From: a virus
Lineage: Duplodnaviria > Caudoviricetes
Virus record (IMG/VR): IMGVR_UViG_3300020003_000061
Span: 1 to 52,812 of that record
Reading direction: 5' to 3' (one strand)
Length of the DNA: 52,812 nucleotides
The translations under genes were made by a program, and so were the position numbers. Under the pieces are notes generated by a model. That model was not told the DNA's origin, ran no database searches, and was given only the letters and a program-made list of their open reading frames with translations. Below are positions 35,972 through 44,608 of the stretch, one piece after another. Position 1 is the stretch's first letter. Each line of letters begins with the position of its first letter.

Positions 35972-36864
35972 GGTTGTGCCCTCCCGATCTTCGAATGCAC
36001 CACCTGGTCAGGCGGTACCTCGATCCAGGATAGGAACTGTTCGGGAGTCATGCTGCGTTCCCGAGCAAGGCGCTTCTCGTTCTCTGAGAGTTCACGAGTC
36101 GGCGGCTTCTGCGGCTGCTCGTGTCCCGGAGGCGTCGGAGCGCTGGGACGAAGATGAGGAGGTGTCGTCATATCTGCTCTCGGCTGTGCCGGTGATGCTG
36201 GCGGTGTTGGCGCTGGGGGTGCTGGCGGTGCCGGAGATAGTGAAGAGTTATCCCCAAGGAGACCACGATGAAACGCTCCGGTCGCCGCCAGCGCCGCTAC
36301 GTTCAACAGCTGCGCGTTCACCTCGTTACCGGCTCCTGCTGCCGCTTCTACGAAACGATCAACCTCACGCTCGATGTGAGGCCACACGTCGCTGAACTGA
36401 CTCTTGAGTTCGATCTTCAGCCTGTCGTACTGCGTCTCCGTCCGCTGACCGGAGATGTACTGATTGATCGGCTCAACTGTCTTTGCCAATTCTGCCTTGA
36501 GCGTGTCCACGATGGACATCGGGTCTTGCCAGAACTGGCGGTTGAAATCTTCACGAGACGGAGCAGGCGATTCGATTGCCTGAACACGAGTCTCGATACC
36601 ACGCTGAGTCTGCCGAAGCCTCGTCAGCTCCTGCTGCTGTTCTCGCAGAACCTGTTCTTGTGCTGCGATCAGCTTCTGTTCCCTCGTCGGCTCTGTAGGG
36701 GCCGGAGGGGTTACACTTGCTCCTGGTTGAGTCGGCTGCTGTCCCTCAGTAGACGGGGCCGGCTGGCCGTTCGTCGCCGGGGTTGTCGGGGATTGTGATG
36801 CCCGAGGGATGACCCGCCCCTGTCCAGGTTGGCCTGACTGTTCCGGCTGCACTGGTGCTGCCAT
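35968..36864 (-). CDS. Scaffolding protein
   Basis: Pro/Gln-rich N-terminus, coiled coil, C-terminal LSENEKRLA...MTPEQF capsid-binding-like helix. Confidence 0.7.
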   Translation of the reverse strand: MAAPVQPEQSGQPGQGRVIPRASQSPTTPATNGQPAPSTEGQQPTQPGASVTPPAPTEPTREQKLIAAQEQVLREQQQELTRLRQTQRGIETRVQAIESPAPSREDFNRQFWQDPMSIVDTLKAELAKTVEPINQYISGQRTETQYDRLKIELKSQFSDVWPHIEREVDRFVEAAAGAGNEVNAQLLNVAALAATGAFHRGLLGDNSSLSPAPPAPPAPTPPASPAQPRADMTTPPHLRPSAPTPPGHEQPQKPPTRELSENEKRLARERSMTPEQFLSWIEVPPDQVVHSKIGRAQP

Positions 36865-37108
36865 GATGCCCGCTCCTCTCGCTTAAGGTGCTTATGATTT
36901 CCAAGCCTAATCGCACGCCTAATAGCTTACCGCGCCTCTCAAATGCCTCTTCCGGGCTGGAGAAGCCTTCCAGCTCCACCTGCGCCGTTGCCTCCAAGAG
37001 TCTGAACAAGTGTAGCAAGCTGGTCCATTCCCGGTGCTTGACCAACGCCTGGAGGTCCAAGATTTGCTCCTGGGCCAGTTGCGCCATTACCGCCTCCGCT
37101 GCTGCCAC
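36746..37108 (-). CDS. Small post-portal protein
   Basis: L......W..L...RG...G pattern of small post-portal proteins; overlaps portal and scaffold. Confidence 0.5.
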   Translation of the reverse strand: MAAAEAVMAQLAQEQILDLQALVKHREWTSLLHLFRLLEATAQVELEGFSSPEEAFERRGKLLGVRLGLEIISTLSERSGHHGSTSAAGTVRPTWTGAGHPSGITIPDNPGDERPAGPVY

Positions 37109-38870
37109 TTGCTCCTCCTGGCTGCTTGAGCAGCTCGCTTAGAACGATCCTATCAACGTTACGAATGTCGAAGGATTCGAGGATCTGCCGCATCGCCTCA
37201 GTGCCCGCGAGCAGACCCTTCTGAATGATATACTGGACGACGTTGGGATCGCCTCCCTGTTGCGCGAGTTGCAGCATTCCTACATAATACTGCTGCAACA
37301 GAGTAGCGACTTGCACCCAATTCTGTCGGTCCAGTATCTTGTTCTGTTGCTGTCCAGCGGCAACCAGCTCGATCAAGAGACCGTGACGAATATACTCGAT
37401 CGGCATCTCGAAGAACTGTTGAACCATTCGACCACCTTCAGCAACATCGTAGTACTCGACACGACGCGGACCAAACTGCTGGACCACACAAGCAGTGTCG
37501 ATGATGAGTTCTTGCACGAACTCTTTGATGTTCTGATAAGCGTAGTCGAATTTCTTCGCACCTTCCTGAATCCGAGCCAGGTCACCTGTAGCCGTTCCGG
37601 GCGTACCAACTTGTGGTTGGCCTAGCACCACGTCATTTACGCCAGTACGCTGCTGGCTATACATGAGGGTGGCCTGCTCGTTGTTGTAAGCAGAGTTGTA
37701 AATCTCTCCTAGCTGAACTGAATCAACGTGAGACATATCATCCAGGAACCACATCTTTCCTGGGAAGATCGGCTCACCTGGGCCGTATCCAGAAAGCTTC
37801 GAAATCTTGATCATCCTCATATTCGCCAACGTTGCGTTGTCCAGACGCTGACGATGCTGAGTGGTGATCTCTTTCTGGAACTGCTCGTTCTGCTTACAGA
37901 TGCCGATACCGTTCCAGCGATGCTCAACTGGGAAGTAGACACCGACTCTGTAAGGTCTATGTAGATCATCGTGCCAGTTGTAGCGACACGACATGAGAGC
38001 GCGAGAGGGACGATGGTAATGGAGGACTATCTCTTTCTCCTGCTTGCCTCCATCAACATTGAATGTGAGCCAGAGTTCGACCCAATCCAGAAGGTTAGGC
38101 CAGACCGACTTGCGTCCCTCAAGGGCCTCTTGCGACTGCGCAAACTTTCTCTCCACGCCAGTAGCTGTCTGTGAAGACGTGGCTACCCACGCTTTGATCT
38201 TGTCGAATGTTCCAGGCTTGAAGAAGCCACTTTGCTCCATACACATTACATCGTACGGAGATCTTGCGTGCTCCTCACCACACCAAGGGGCTGTCTGGGG
38301 ATCGGTTGCGGAGAACGGCATGAGGTAGCGACCAACAGCTACCGCATCCATAACTGCGCCATCTCGGATTACGATGGGAATCTCTTGCTCGATTCCTCCG
38401 ATCTGTCGTATTGCAGTCTTGACTATCCGCTCGTATCCAACCTTACCGATACCCGTCCCGAATTTCTCGATTTCGAGTACAGAGGAGTCGAGCTTACGAC
38501 GGATCTTCATTTCGCGGAGTAGTTCCTGATCTAAGAACCTCTCCACAGGGCGCGCGTAGTCCTCCCAAGTACTTGATCGTGCTGTCGCTGAGACCAGCTG
38601 GTTTAGAGCGAACAAGGTTGTCATAGTGCGCGCATGGACAGCTTCCACCGCTACAGCAGTCAGTGGAATAACGAGAGTTGACGCTCCGGTGAAGGGGAAC
38701 GTTGCTCGCTTGGTGGTCGGCTCTGCCCAGTAGTCCCTCTGATAGGACAGAAGCCTGTCCATCCATACATTACGCTCCATGTAATGGTTCAGTAACTCCG
38801 TCTCGACGTAAGATACGAGGCGAAGCTCTGTGTCAGCATCTAAAACCAGCTCTCTCGGGTACTCAGCCAT
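36939..38870 (-). CDS. Portal protein
   Basis: 643 aa after terL; PF.GAS, FGTGIGKV, WNGIGI, Q..I....RQRLDNATLAN, PGK.W, TAT. Confidence 0.9.
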   Translation of the reverse strand: MAEYPRELVLDADTELRLVSYVETELLNHYMERNVWMDRLLSYQRDYWAEPTTKRATFPFTGASTLVIPLTAVAVEAVHARTMTTLFALNQLVSATARSSTWEDYARPVERFLDQELLREMKIRRKLDSSVLEIEKFGTGIGKVGYERIVKTAIRQIGGIEQEIPIVIRDGAVMDAVAVGRYLMPFSATDPQTAPWCGEEHARSPYDVMCMEQSGFFKPGTFDKIKAWVATSSQTATGVERKFAQSQEALEGRKSVWPNLLDWVELWLTFNVDGGKQEKEIVLHYHRPSRALMSCRYNWHDDLHRPYRVGVYFPVEHRWNGIGICKQNEQFQKEITTQHRQRLDNATLANMRMIKISKLSGYGPGEPIFPGKMWFLDDMSHVDSVQLGEIYNSAYNNEQATLMYSQQRTGVNDVVLGQPQVGTPGTATGDLARIQEGAKKFDYAYQNIKEFVQELIIDTACVVQQFGPRRVEYYDVAEGGRMVQQFFEMPIEYIRHGLLIELVAAGQQQNKILDRQNWVQVATLLQQYYVGMLQLAQQGGDPNVVQYIIQKGLLAGTEAMRQILESFDIRNVDRIVLSELLKQPGGASGSSGGGNGATGPGANLGPPGVGQAPGMDQLATLVQTLGGNGAGGAGRLLQPGRGI

Positions 38871-38885
38871 CAGAAAACCTCTCCC

Positions 38886-39104
38886 TTACGCTGGAATTGA
38901 GCCTGGCGGAGGGTTCCCGAACAACTGTTCGAAGATCGGTCGAACATCTCTGACCTTGATCGTGATCTTGAAGACCAGGATGGTCTTTTTGATGATTGTG
39001 TCGCCACTGTGCTTGAAATACCACTCCCAAAACATGGCAGACAGCGCCACCTGCTGCATCGGAGTGAGTTCTGGCAGTTTGGATGATTCCTGAAGAACGC
39101 CCAT
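38886..39104 (-). CDS. Hypothetical protein
   Basis: AGAGGAAAG RBS; lies between terL and portal. Confidence 0.55.
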   Translation of the reverse strand: MGVLQESSKLPELTPMQQVALSAMFWEWYFKHSGDTIIKKTILVFKITIKVRDVRPIFEQLFGNPPPGSIPA

Positions 39105-39121
39105 TTGTCACTTTCCTCTCT

Positions 39122-40846
39122 TTACACCAGGTCGATGGCCGAGTAGCCCGTTTCCACGTCGTGCTGAGCGAAGAATTCCTCTTCTTTTTGCTGAAAACGC
39201 TGGAACTTGCCCCTCGAAAGACCAGGCATCCACACTTCTGGGCCATATCCAAGAGCATCGAGCATGTGGATCTTGCGATTTGCTCCAAAAGTGTCGAACT
39301 CTCTGACCATTTCGGCTGTATCGTCGCCAAACTGATTGGACTTGTCAACGATTCCACCCTGCATCTTCTCAGGATTCGCAGCAAAATGAATCAGACCAGC
39401 GCTCCAGTAGTTCTGTGTTGCTCTAACACGAGCAGGTTTCGAGAGAGTCTTGCCTCCAACAATCGGTCCAACGGGGATGATGTTGAAATACTGCTTCCTC
39501 CACAACATCTCCCTCTCGAACCAGACCTTGAACAGACCAGAAAACAGCACTTCCTCAATTGCCATCAAGCGAGGCTGCCACCGAGCGACCAGCTTGAATG
39601 TATTATCACACGCTTCGGGTGGCTTCCACTCCCGCTCCAGACAGTTGAGGATGAAGATTCGATTAAGGCTGTCTGACCCAGTAACGACCAACCCACCATA
39701 ACCTGACATTGCTGGGTCGTAAAGAATACAAACATCCAGATCACGGACATTGATCCTTGTCTGAACCTTTCCAGAAAAGACAATCAGCTGGTTGTAGCCT
39801 ACCCAGTGATAGTATCTCTTCCAACTTTTGTCGAATTCAGTCGCACCTTCCTCTGGATTGTTCGCGTACTGTGCGCTGAAGACCCTGCGATTCTTCCGAA
39901 GGATGGCGAGATTCTTCTCTGTGAAACCACCCTCTGGAAATATCGGCTTCTTCTCGAGTGACTTATCAGGATTTATCTTCCCAGTAAGCTCCTCGACACC
40001 TCTGATGTACCTAAGGATCTCCTCGCCGTAACGATCATGAACATGTGAATACAGATCGTCGAATGCCCAGCGAGTTCCGATCAGGTCGAAATGGTCAACT
40101 CCAAAGTCCGAGAAGAAAGCCTGAATGTTATCGAACCATTCCTTCGCGGCCATCATGATCGTGTCCGAATCACGAGCCTTGTCACCAATCAAGTCGTCAA
40201 ACTTGATATAGTTATAGTGACGACCCTGCGACTTTCCACCTACACCCATCGTGTCAATCGTTGGCTCAGGCCAGGTCTGTGACCGTGGCAGCTCCAATTC
40301 ATGCCGATTGATGCGGTGTTTTCTTGGTGACGGTACGCACTCTGGGAACAATCCCATGAGTAGCGAGTTCGTCAGGAAATGTCCTGTGATCGCAAATAAG
40401 AAATTCGACGCTTGTCCATCAGTCTCATGGCAGATCAGAAGTCTGCAGTCTGTGCCTAGGTCCCGAGGCCAAGGTTGATTCGAGAGAACGTCTGGAAGGA
40501 CGATCTGTATCGAGTCACCGATTGTGCAAATGGTTGACTTGTAGTGGCCGCGAGGGAGAAGAATCTCCCGAAAACGCCACTCTGCATTCCTTTCCATCCA
40601 GCTGCACAGATGACCGTGCAGGTTAGGAGACAGTTTGTCATAGCCTAAGACAGATGCGTTCAGCCAAAAGAGGTCGTTCTTTGCTCTCTGTCGCCAGTGA
40701 TTCCAAGTCTCCGTATCCAGCTCACGAAACTTCTTTTCTACTTTCTTACGAGTTTCGGTGAGAACTTCCTCGGATATGAGATGATTCCACTCCTCGTCCG
40801 AGTAAGTTCCCTCAAACTCGAAGTTACGGAGTTGGAAGTTCGCCAT
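39122..40846 (-). CDS. terL: Terminase large subunit
   Basis: LLPRGHYKST (Walker A), G.H...FDDL (Walker B), IGTRWAFDD.Y, FSAQY.NNP, YDPA, IEEV, MLDAL. Confidence 0.93.
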   Translation of the reverse strand: MANFQLRNFEFEGTYSDEEWNHLISEEVLTETRKKVEKKFRELDTETWNHWRQRAKNDLFWLNASVLGYDKLSPNLHGHLCSWMERNAEWRFREILLPRGHYKSTICTIGDSIQIVLPDVLSNQPWPRDLGTDCRLLICHETDGQASNFLFAITGHFLTNSLLMGLFPECVPSPRKHRINRHELELPRSQTWPEPTIDTMGVGGKSQGRHYNYIKFDDLIGDKARDSDTIMMAAKEWFDNIQAFFSDFGVDHFDLIGTRWAFDDLYSHVHDRYGEEILRYIRGVEELTGKINPDKSLEKKPIFPEGGFTEKNLAILRKNRRVFSAQYANNPEEGATEFDKSWKRYYHWVGYNQLIVFSGKVQTRINVRDLDVCILYDPAMSGYGGLVVTGSDSLNRIFILNCLEREWKPPEACDNTFKLVARWQPRLMAIEEVLFSGLFKVWFEREMLWRKQYFNIIPVGPIVGGKTLSKPARVRATQNYWSAGLIHFAANPEKMQGGIVDKSNQFGDDTAEMVREFDTFGANRKIHMLDALGYGPEVWMPGLSRGKFQRFQQKEEEFFAQHDVETGYSAIDLV

Positions 40847-41423
40847 CTTCTACAACGATCTCTTCCTTCGTTCCACTATGCAGACGCTTCGCTTCATCTG
40901 CGAGCGCTGTGCCCTTGATCATCTTGTCGAACTGCTGTTCAGAGACGATGAGGGCACGATTGATGTGTGTGCCACCATCTTCAGGCTGAATCTTCCTGGT
41001 TCCTTTCAACAGTGTGATCGCCCGGTCGAAGAGACCAAGAGGATTCTTTTCAGCAAGCACGTCGTTGTTGATTACATCCTCAACACGTTGCATCGCCTTG
41101 AGAGTAACAGTCTCAAGACGCTGCTCGATCGTCTGCTGCGCCTTGCCGTTGATGCGAGCAATGACGAGCTTACGAACGATCTGCGCTTGTTCTGTCTTGA
41201 GGATGTGACTGATGTGCATCTCGGTGAAACCAATGCGAGACGCAATCTCGGAACGCTTGAGTCCCATACAATCGAGGAGAACTACTTCCTCGTAGATGGG
41301 ATGCCATTCCTTGGGATTCCAACGAGGCTTGGTTATGCGCGCACGTCGAAAGGTCTGATTCTCCTCCATGTGTTCGGGGAGATCAGGGTTGACTTGCGTT
41401 TCCTTGAACTTCGGAGCCGTCAT
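40824..41423 (-). CDS. Terminase small subunit (putative)
   Basis: HTH (GLKRSEIASRIGFT..HISHIL) and helical oligomer region, immediately upstream of terL. Confidence 0.7.
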   Translation of the reverse strand: MTAPKFKETQVNPDLPEHMEENQTFRRARITKPRWNPKEWHPIYEEVVLLDCMGLKRSEIASRIGFTEMHISHILKTEQAQIVRKLVIARINGKAQQTIEQRLETVTLKAMQRVEDVINNDVLAEKNPLGLFDRAITLLKGTRKIQPEDGGTHINRALIVSEQQFDKMIKGTALADEAKRLHSGTKEEIVVEDGELPTP

Positions 41424-41665
41424 GAGAACTTGAGGCTCGCGCTGACTTCGCCGGAGTCGTTGGCGCTACCAGCATGACCTGAGACAGACGCGTTGATGGT
41501 CTTGCCGGGATGATCGGAGCAGTAACCGAGAAGCAAGTCCTTCCCTCGGTCGAGGTCCTTGTTCTCCTCGTCACTACGTTCTACCTTCTTGGCTTCCTCG
41601 TACTGCTCGCCGACCTGGGTCTGAGCATCAGCAGCACCACCGGAGAATGAAAGGTTCCAGCTCAT
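41420..41665 (-). CDS. Hypothetical protein
   Basis: GGAGG RBS; ATGA coupling to terS. Confidence 0.7.
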   Translation of the reverse strand: MSWNLSFSGGAADAQTQVGEQYEEAKKVERSDEENKDLDRGKDLLLGYCSDHPGKTINASVSGHAGSANDSGEVSASLKFS

Positions 41666-41776
41666 CTTTTACGTCCTCCAAATCCCCTAAGAGCCTTACG
41701 ATACTCTCGGAGACGTTTGCCAAGTGCGCCCTGCTTCGGAGGAGGCGGGCTAGACTTGGGAGTGGATGATTTCTTC

Positions 41777-42079
41777 TTACCCCTTCCAGCCATTGTCAGG
41801 ATCCTCAAGAGCTGCACGAATCTGCTTTAATTCGTACAGGTATATCTCTTGTCGCCAAGCTGCGAAAGCTTCAGGCAGTGTAAACCCGTGCTCTGCCCAG
41901 AGCGGATAAATCATCTCACGGAAGTCCCGTAGGTACAACCGCCAGTCTATCTCTTCCTCTTCAGTGAAGCCGATGACCTCCTCACGCACAGGAGGGTCTC
42001 GTCTAGACCCCGGCGAACTGCTTGTAGAGCCAGTAGAGACAGAGGAGCGCCACCAACGCAATAGCCGCGTAAACCACAT
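41777..42079 (-). CDS. Hypothetical protein
   Basis: ORF in the late leader cluster. Confidence 0.45.
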   Translation of the reverse strand: MWFTRLLRWWRSSVSTGSTSSSPGSRRDPPVREEVIGFTEEEEIDWRLYLRDFREMIYPLWAEHGFTLPEAFAAWRQEIYLYELKQIRAALEDPDNGWKG

Positions 42080-42212
42080 AGTTGAGTGGCTCCGGGATGG
42101 TCACTTTACGCAGAAACCAGAACACGATTGCAGCAGCACAGATGGCGAAGATGATAATGATGATCAGCCTGACCGGGTCCGGTGTGGCGAGCAACATGAT
42201 GTTGAGCATCAC
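42003..42212 (-). CDS. Small two-TM membrane protein
   Basis: LIIIIIFAIC...W.L.K..IPEP....VY..IAL..LL; GGAGG RBS. Confidence 0.7.
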   Translation of the reverse strand: MMLNIMLLATPDPVRLIIIIIFAICAAAIVFWFLRKVTIPEPLNYVVYAAIALVALLCLYWLYKQFAGV

Positions 42213-42358
42213 TTCCTCCGCTTCACCTTCTCGGGGAGGTTCTTGGAAGAAGAGTGAGCAAGATATTCTCTCGCTACCTTCTTCGGGATTCCCTTCGTGC
42301 TCTTACCGTGCGCGGCTGCCTGCATCGCCCGGAATTGAGCTTTGGACTTCACCGGCAT
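42209..42358 (-). CDS. Small basic protein (DUF3008-like)
   Basis: MPVKSKAQFRAM.AAAHG....GIP.KVA.EY......LPEKV. Confidence 0.75.
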   Translation of the reverse strand: MPVKSKAQFRAMQAAAHGKSTKGIPKKVAREYLAHSSSKNLPEKVKRRK

Positions 42359-42359
42359 G

Positions 42360-42578
42360 TCAGCCCCCGGTAAAGAACTTCTTGATCTTGGAGCCGGTGC
42401 TCTCAGCCTTCTGTACGCCCTCCGACAGCTTGCCCGCCGTCTTGCGCATCGCAGCGCCCCGAGGTCCATACGCTTCGACTGCGAGCGAGTCTTCGGGAGT
42501 CATCGCTGGAGTCTTGCCGAGGCGCTTGTCGGCATTGGCACGATGACGAGCACGCGAACCACCAGTAGGATCAGACAC
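42360..42578 (-). CDS. Hypothetical basic protein
   Basis: Operon-coupled small ORF. Confidence 0.55.
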   Translation of the reverse strand: MSDPTGGSRARHRANADKRLGKTPAMTPEDSLAVEAYGPRGAAMRKTAGKLSEGVQKAESTGSKIKKFFTGG

Positions 42579-42813
42579 GAATCCCCCTAACTAAGACGGA
42601 CACCATATCATTGAGCAGTCTGCAAATCGCGTATGCCTCGTGTCTCTTGAGGGGATAACGCGTATCAGCAGAAACCAGGAACTTTATGTTGTTCCACATA
42701 ATGTCGTATCCTGCGTGCTCACCGCCGACCTTATGTGGCTTTACATGAAAAGGCTTCGCCCTGTGTCTCTTTCCTTTCTCGCCTATTACGAGTTTCTCAC
42801 CCGCCGATGACAC
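42571..42813 (-). CDS. Hypothetical protein
   Basis: Operon-coupled small ORF. Confidence 0.45.
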   Translation of the reverse strand: MSSAGEKLVIGEKGKRHRAKPFHVKPHKVGGEHAGYDIMWNNIKFLVSADTRYPLKRHEAYAICRLLNDMVSVLVRGIRV

Positions 42814-43174
42814 GTCTGAAGAACCGGAAGAGACGGTCAGCTGCCGCTGCGCCGTTCAGGTGAACTCTCCAGGCTGCGCCGAGAAGAAGCGAGGCCTCGA
42901 AGATCGTATGCGCGCCCACAGCAGGCATCGTCGCCGTGGAAGCTTCCCAGGTCGCAGCTGCGGTAGCCTGCGCCAAAGTTACCTTCGGTTCTCTGAGTTC
43001 GTAGTCTACGTCGAAGTCGAGCGAGATTTCGATTGTTGCCACTTCGAGAAGTGCTGCTGGGGCAAGACACGCGATTTCTTCAGCATCCGAGATCGTATGG
43101 TTACTGATCATCGCAGGCGAATCTGTCGCTCCACTCGCAACAGTAACGTTTGGTCCTGGTGCGAAGCTTAACAT
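42797..43174 (-). CDS. First late gene, putative beta-sandwich structural protein
   Basis: ATG43174 just downstream of the leftward promoter. Confidence 0.55.
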   Translation of the reverse strand: MLSFAPGPNVTVASGATDSPAMISNHTISDAEEIACLAPAALLEVATIEISLDFDVDYELREPKVTLAQATAAATWEASTATMPAVGAHTIFEASLLLGAAWRVHLNGAAAADRLFRFFRRVIGG

Positions 43175-43216
43175 ACGAGTCCCCAGCTGAATGGAAACGA
43201 ACACAGGATAGTTGTC

Positions 43217-43245
43217 AGTATAGCACAATGGCCATCCATACGCAA
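43217..43245 (-). promoter_or_regulatory. Leftward (late arm) sigma70 promoter
   Basis: Minus strand GGGGC TTGCGT-17 nt-TATACT with extended -10 TG. Confidence 0.7.
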
Positions 43246-43338
43246 GCCCCAGTTTACGCGCGAGCCGCATGGATGCGCCCGAAGTCTGTGTCCATGCGGG
43301 GTAGGGTACGATGCGCGCAAAATCCTGCACGATCTCAT

Positions 43339-43353
43339 CTTTAGCGGCTAAAG
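43339..43353. promoter_or_regulatory. Dispersed palindrome CTTTAG-N3-CTAAAG
   Basis: CTTTAG CGG CTAAAG about 95 bp upstream of the late -35 box. Confidence 0.75.
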
Positions 43354-43459
43354 TCAAGACACAGAGCAAGAAATGAGTTTCATGTCAAAAAACATAGCAC
43401 AAATTGTCGGGGTGCCTTGATATGAATGTTGAGTTCTGGTTTCCCCTCTACGGGGGGAT

Positions 43460-43575
43460 GCGAGTGCTCACTCACCTCAGCGTTGCGCGAGTGAGTGCTC
43501 ACGGTTGCACCGCCACGCCACGAGGGTGAGTACTCACAACCACTACCGTGGGGGTGGGCGTGAGTGAGCACTCAT
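43460..43575. repeat. Four GTGAG-NN-CTCAC palindromes
   Basis: Copies at 43460, 43491, 43526 and 43564. Confidence 0.85.
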
Positions 43576-43697
43576 TTGCATGTTGCGGGATTGTTACACC
43601 ACAGTGTGGCTCAGATACCCCGAAGGGCACCCGAAGCGGGGGTTATGCAATGAGTTGCACGATTGCTAACCTCTTGACCTGCAATGAGTTAGAGACG

Positions 43698-43765
43698 TGG
43701 CACGAGGGTTGCTCTATGAGGAGCCGTGACCGGGGCGCCACCTCCCACCTGGCACGGAGGTTGCT
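43698..43765 (+). promoter_or_regulatory. Tandem sigma54 (-24/-12) promoters
   Basis: TGGCACG-AGGG-TTGCT at 43698 and TGGCACG-GAGG-TTGCT at 43750, both followed by CTATGAGG. Confidence 0.75.
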
Positions 43766-43820
43766 CTATGAGGTGGCACGCGCGGGGCGCAAACCCCGTC
43801 ACATATCCCGAGGGGGAAAC

Positions 43821-44111
43821 GTGGCTCACGCAATTGGTTGCATTGGCTCATCGCAAGATGGGCGGACCAAGACGCGCCCGGCCATGACCAAGGAGCAACG
43901 CAAGCGCAATACTTCGCTTGTGCCTCGCAAGGTGCGGAACCAGACTCGTGCAATCGGTTTCATTCTGGTCAGCCGTGACGGCGAGAAGCCCAAGGTCCGA
44001 GCAATCCGGGCGGGACACGGACGGCACTACCAGCAAGCGCTCATGTTTGCTGAGGTGGAGATTATGAAAGATTCCGAGGGCAAGCCCCTCACGGTCAAGC
44101 GGCCGAAATAG
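43821..44111 (+). CDS. First early gene, small basic protein
   Basis: GAGGGGG RBS before GTG43821; alternative start ATG43884. Confidence 0.6.
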   Translation: MAHAIGCIGSSQDGRTKTRPAMTKEQRKRNTSLVPRKVRNQTRAIGFILVSRDGEKPKVRAIRAGHGRHYQQALMFAEVEIMKDSEGKPLTVKRPK

Positions 44112-44115
44112 GGAC

Positions 44116-44144
44116 TTGACACGGACGCCACGAGCCGCTATTAT
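44116..44144 (+). promoter_or_regulatory. Sigma70 promoter overlapping the tRNA-like element
   Basis: TTGACA-17 nt-TATTAT. Confidence 0.65.
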
Positions 44145-44194
44145 AGGGTAGAGGCACGGCAACGTGTCGGGAGGTTCGAATCCTCCTCGTGGCA
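44127..44194 (+). ncRNA. Anticodon-less tRNA-like RNA
   Basis: 7-bp acceptor GCCACGA/TCGTGGC plus A discriminator; T-arm GGAGG-TTCGAAT-CCTCC; GGCACG-GCAA-CGTGTC hairpin. Confidence 0.7.
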
Positions 44195-44223
44195 TTGGTG
44201 AGGTGAATGCGTGAGTTTCCATC

Positions 44224-44391
44224 TTTTCCACGCATCCATGTGGATGGACGGGGGTGACCCCTTTCCCCCCGGACACCTCAGTACTCTCTATAAAAATAAT
44301 ATATATAGAGAATAACTGAGGAGCGTGAGAGGGAAGGGGTGGGGTAGGGCCATCCACATGGATGGATGGAAGAAATGTAAACTTATCCACG
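44224..44391. repeat. Large imperfect inverted repeat with AT-rich apex; candidate replication origin
   Basis: Nested arms CATCCATGTGGATGG/CCATCCACATGGATG, ACCCCTT/AAGGGGT, CCTCAGT/ACTGAGG, TCTCTATA/TATAGAGA. Confidence 0.7.
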
Positions 44392-44525
44392 GAGGTAATG
44401 TGGTGACGTGGCTCAGGAAGTATACGCGTTGCACGAGGTGGATTGTTCTGCCTCGTTAGTGAAATGGGAAGTGTCCCATTAAGTGGACACTCGTGGGGTG
44501 GGGCAAGCGCCCGGATATTCGGGGC

Positions 44526-44554
44526 TTGACAGGAAACGGTGACCGTGTTATATT
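44526..44554 (+). promoter_or_regulatory. Strong early sigma70 promoter
   Basis: GGC TTGACA-17 nt-TATATT, with GTGT before the -10 box. Confidence 0.85.
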
Positions 44555-44562
44555 GTGTTTAC

Positions 44563-44608
44563 GGTCGCACGGACCAAGCTCTTTGACAACCGATACGTGA
44601 GCGCTGAT
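44563..44608 (+). promoter_or_regulatory. boxB-like hairpin + boxA antitermination element + 5' arm of a long-range stem
   Basis: GGTC-GCACG-GACC, then GCTCTTTGACAA (rrn boxA-like), then ACCGATACGTGAGCGCTGAT. Confidence 0.65.

Noticed and set aside
43460-43575. Mini CRISPR array
   Set aside because: Repeats are only 12 bp with uneven 31-38 bp periods; the Cas4-like gene sits in a recombination module and no other cas genes are present.
44170-44194. attP site made of a tRNA 3' end
   Set aside because: No integrase is recognisable, and the 5' acceptor strand is also present and complementary, which an att core would not need.
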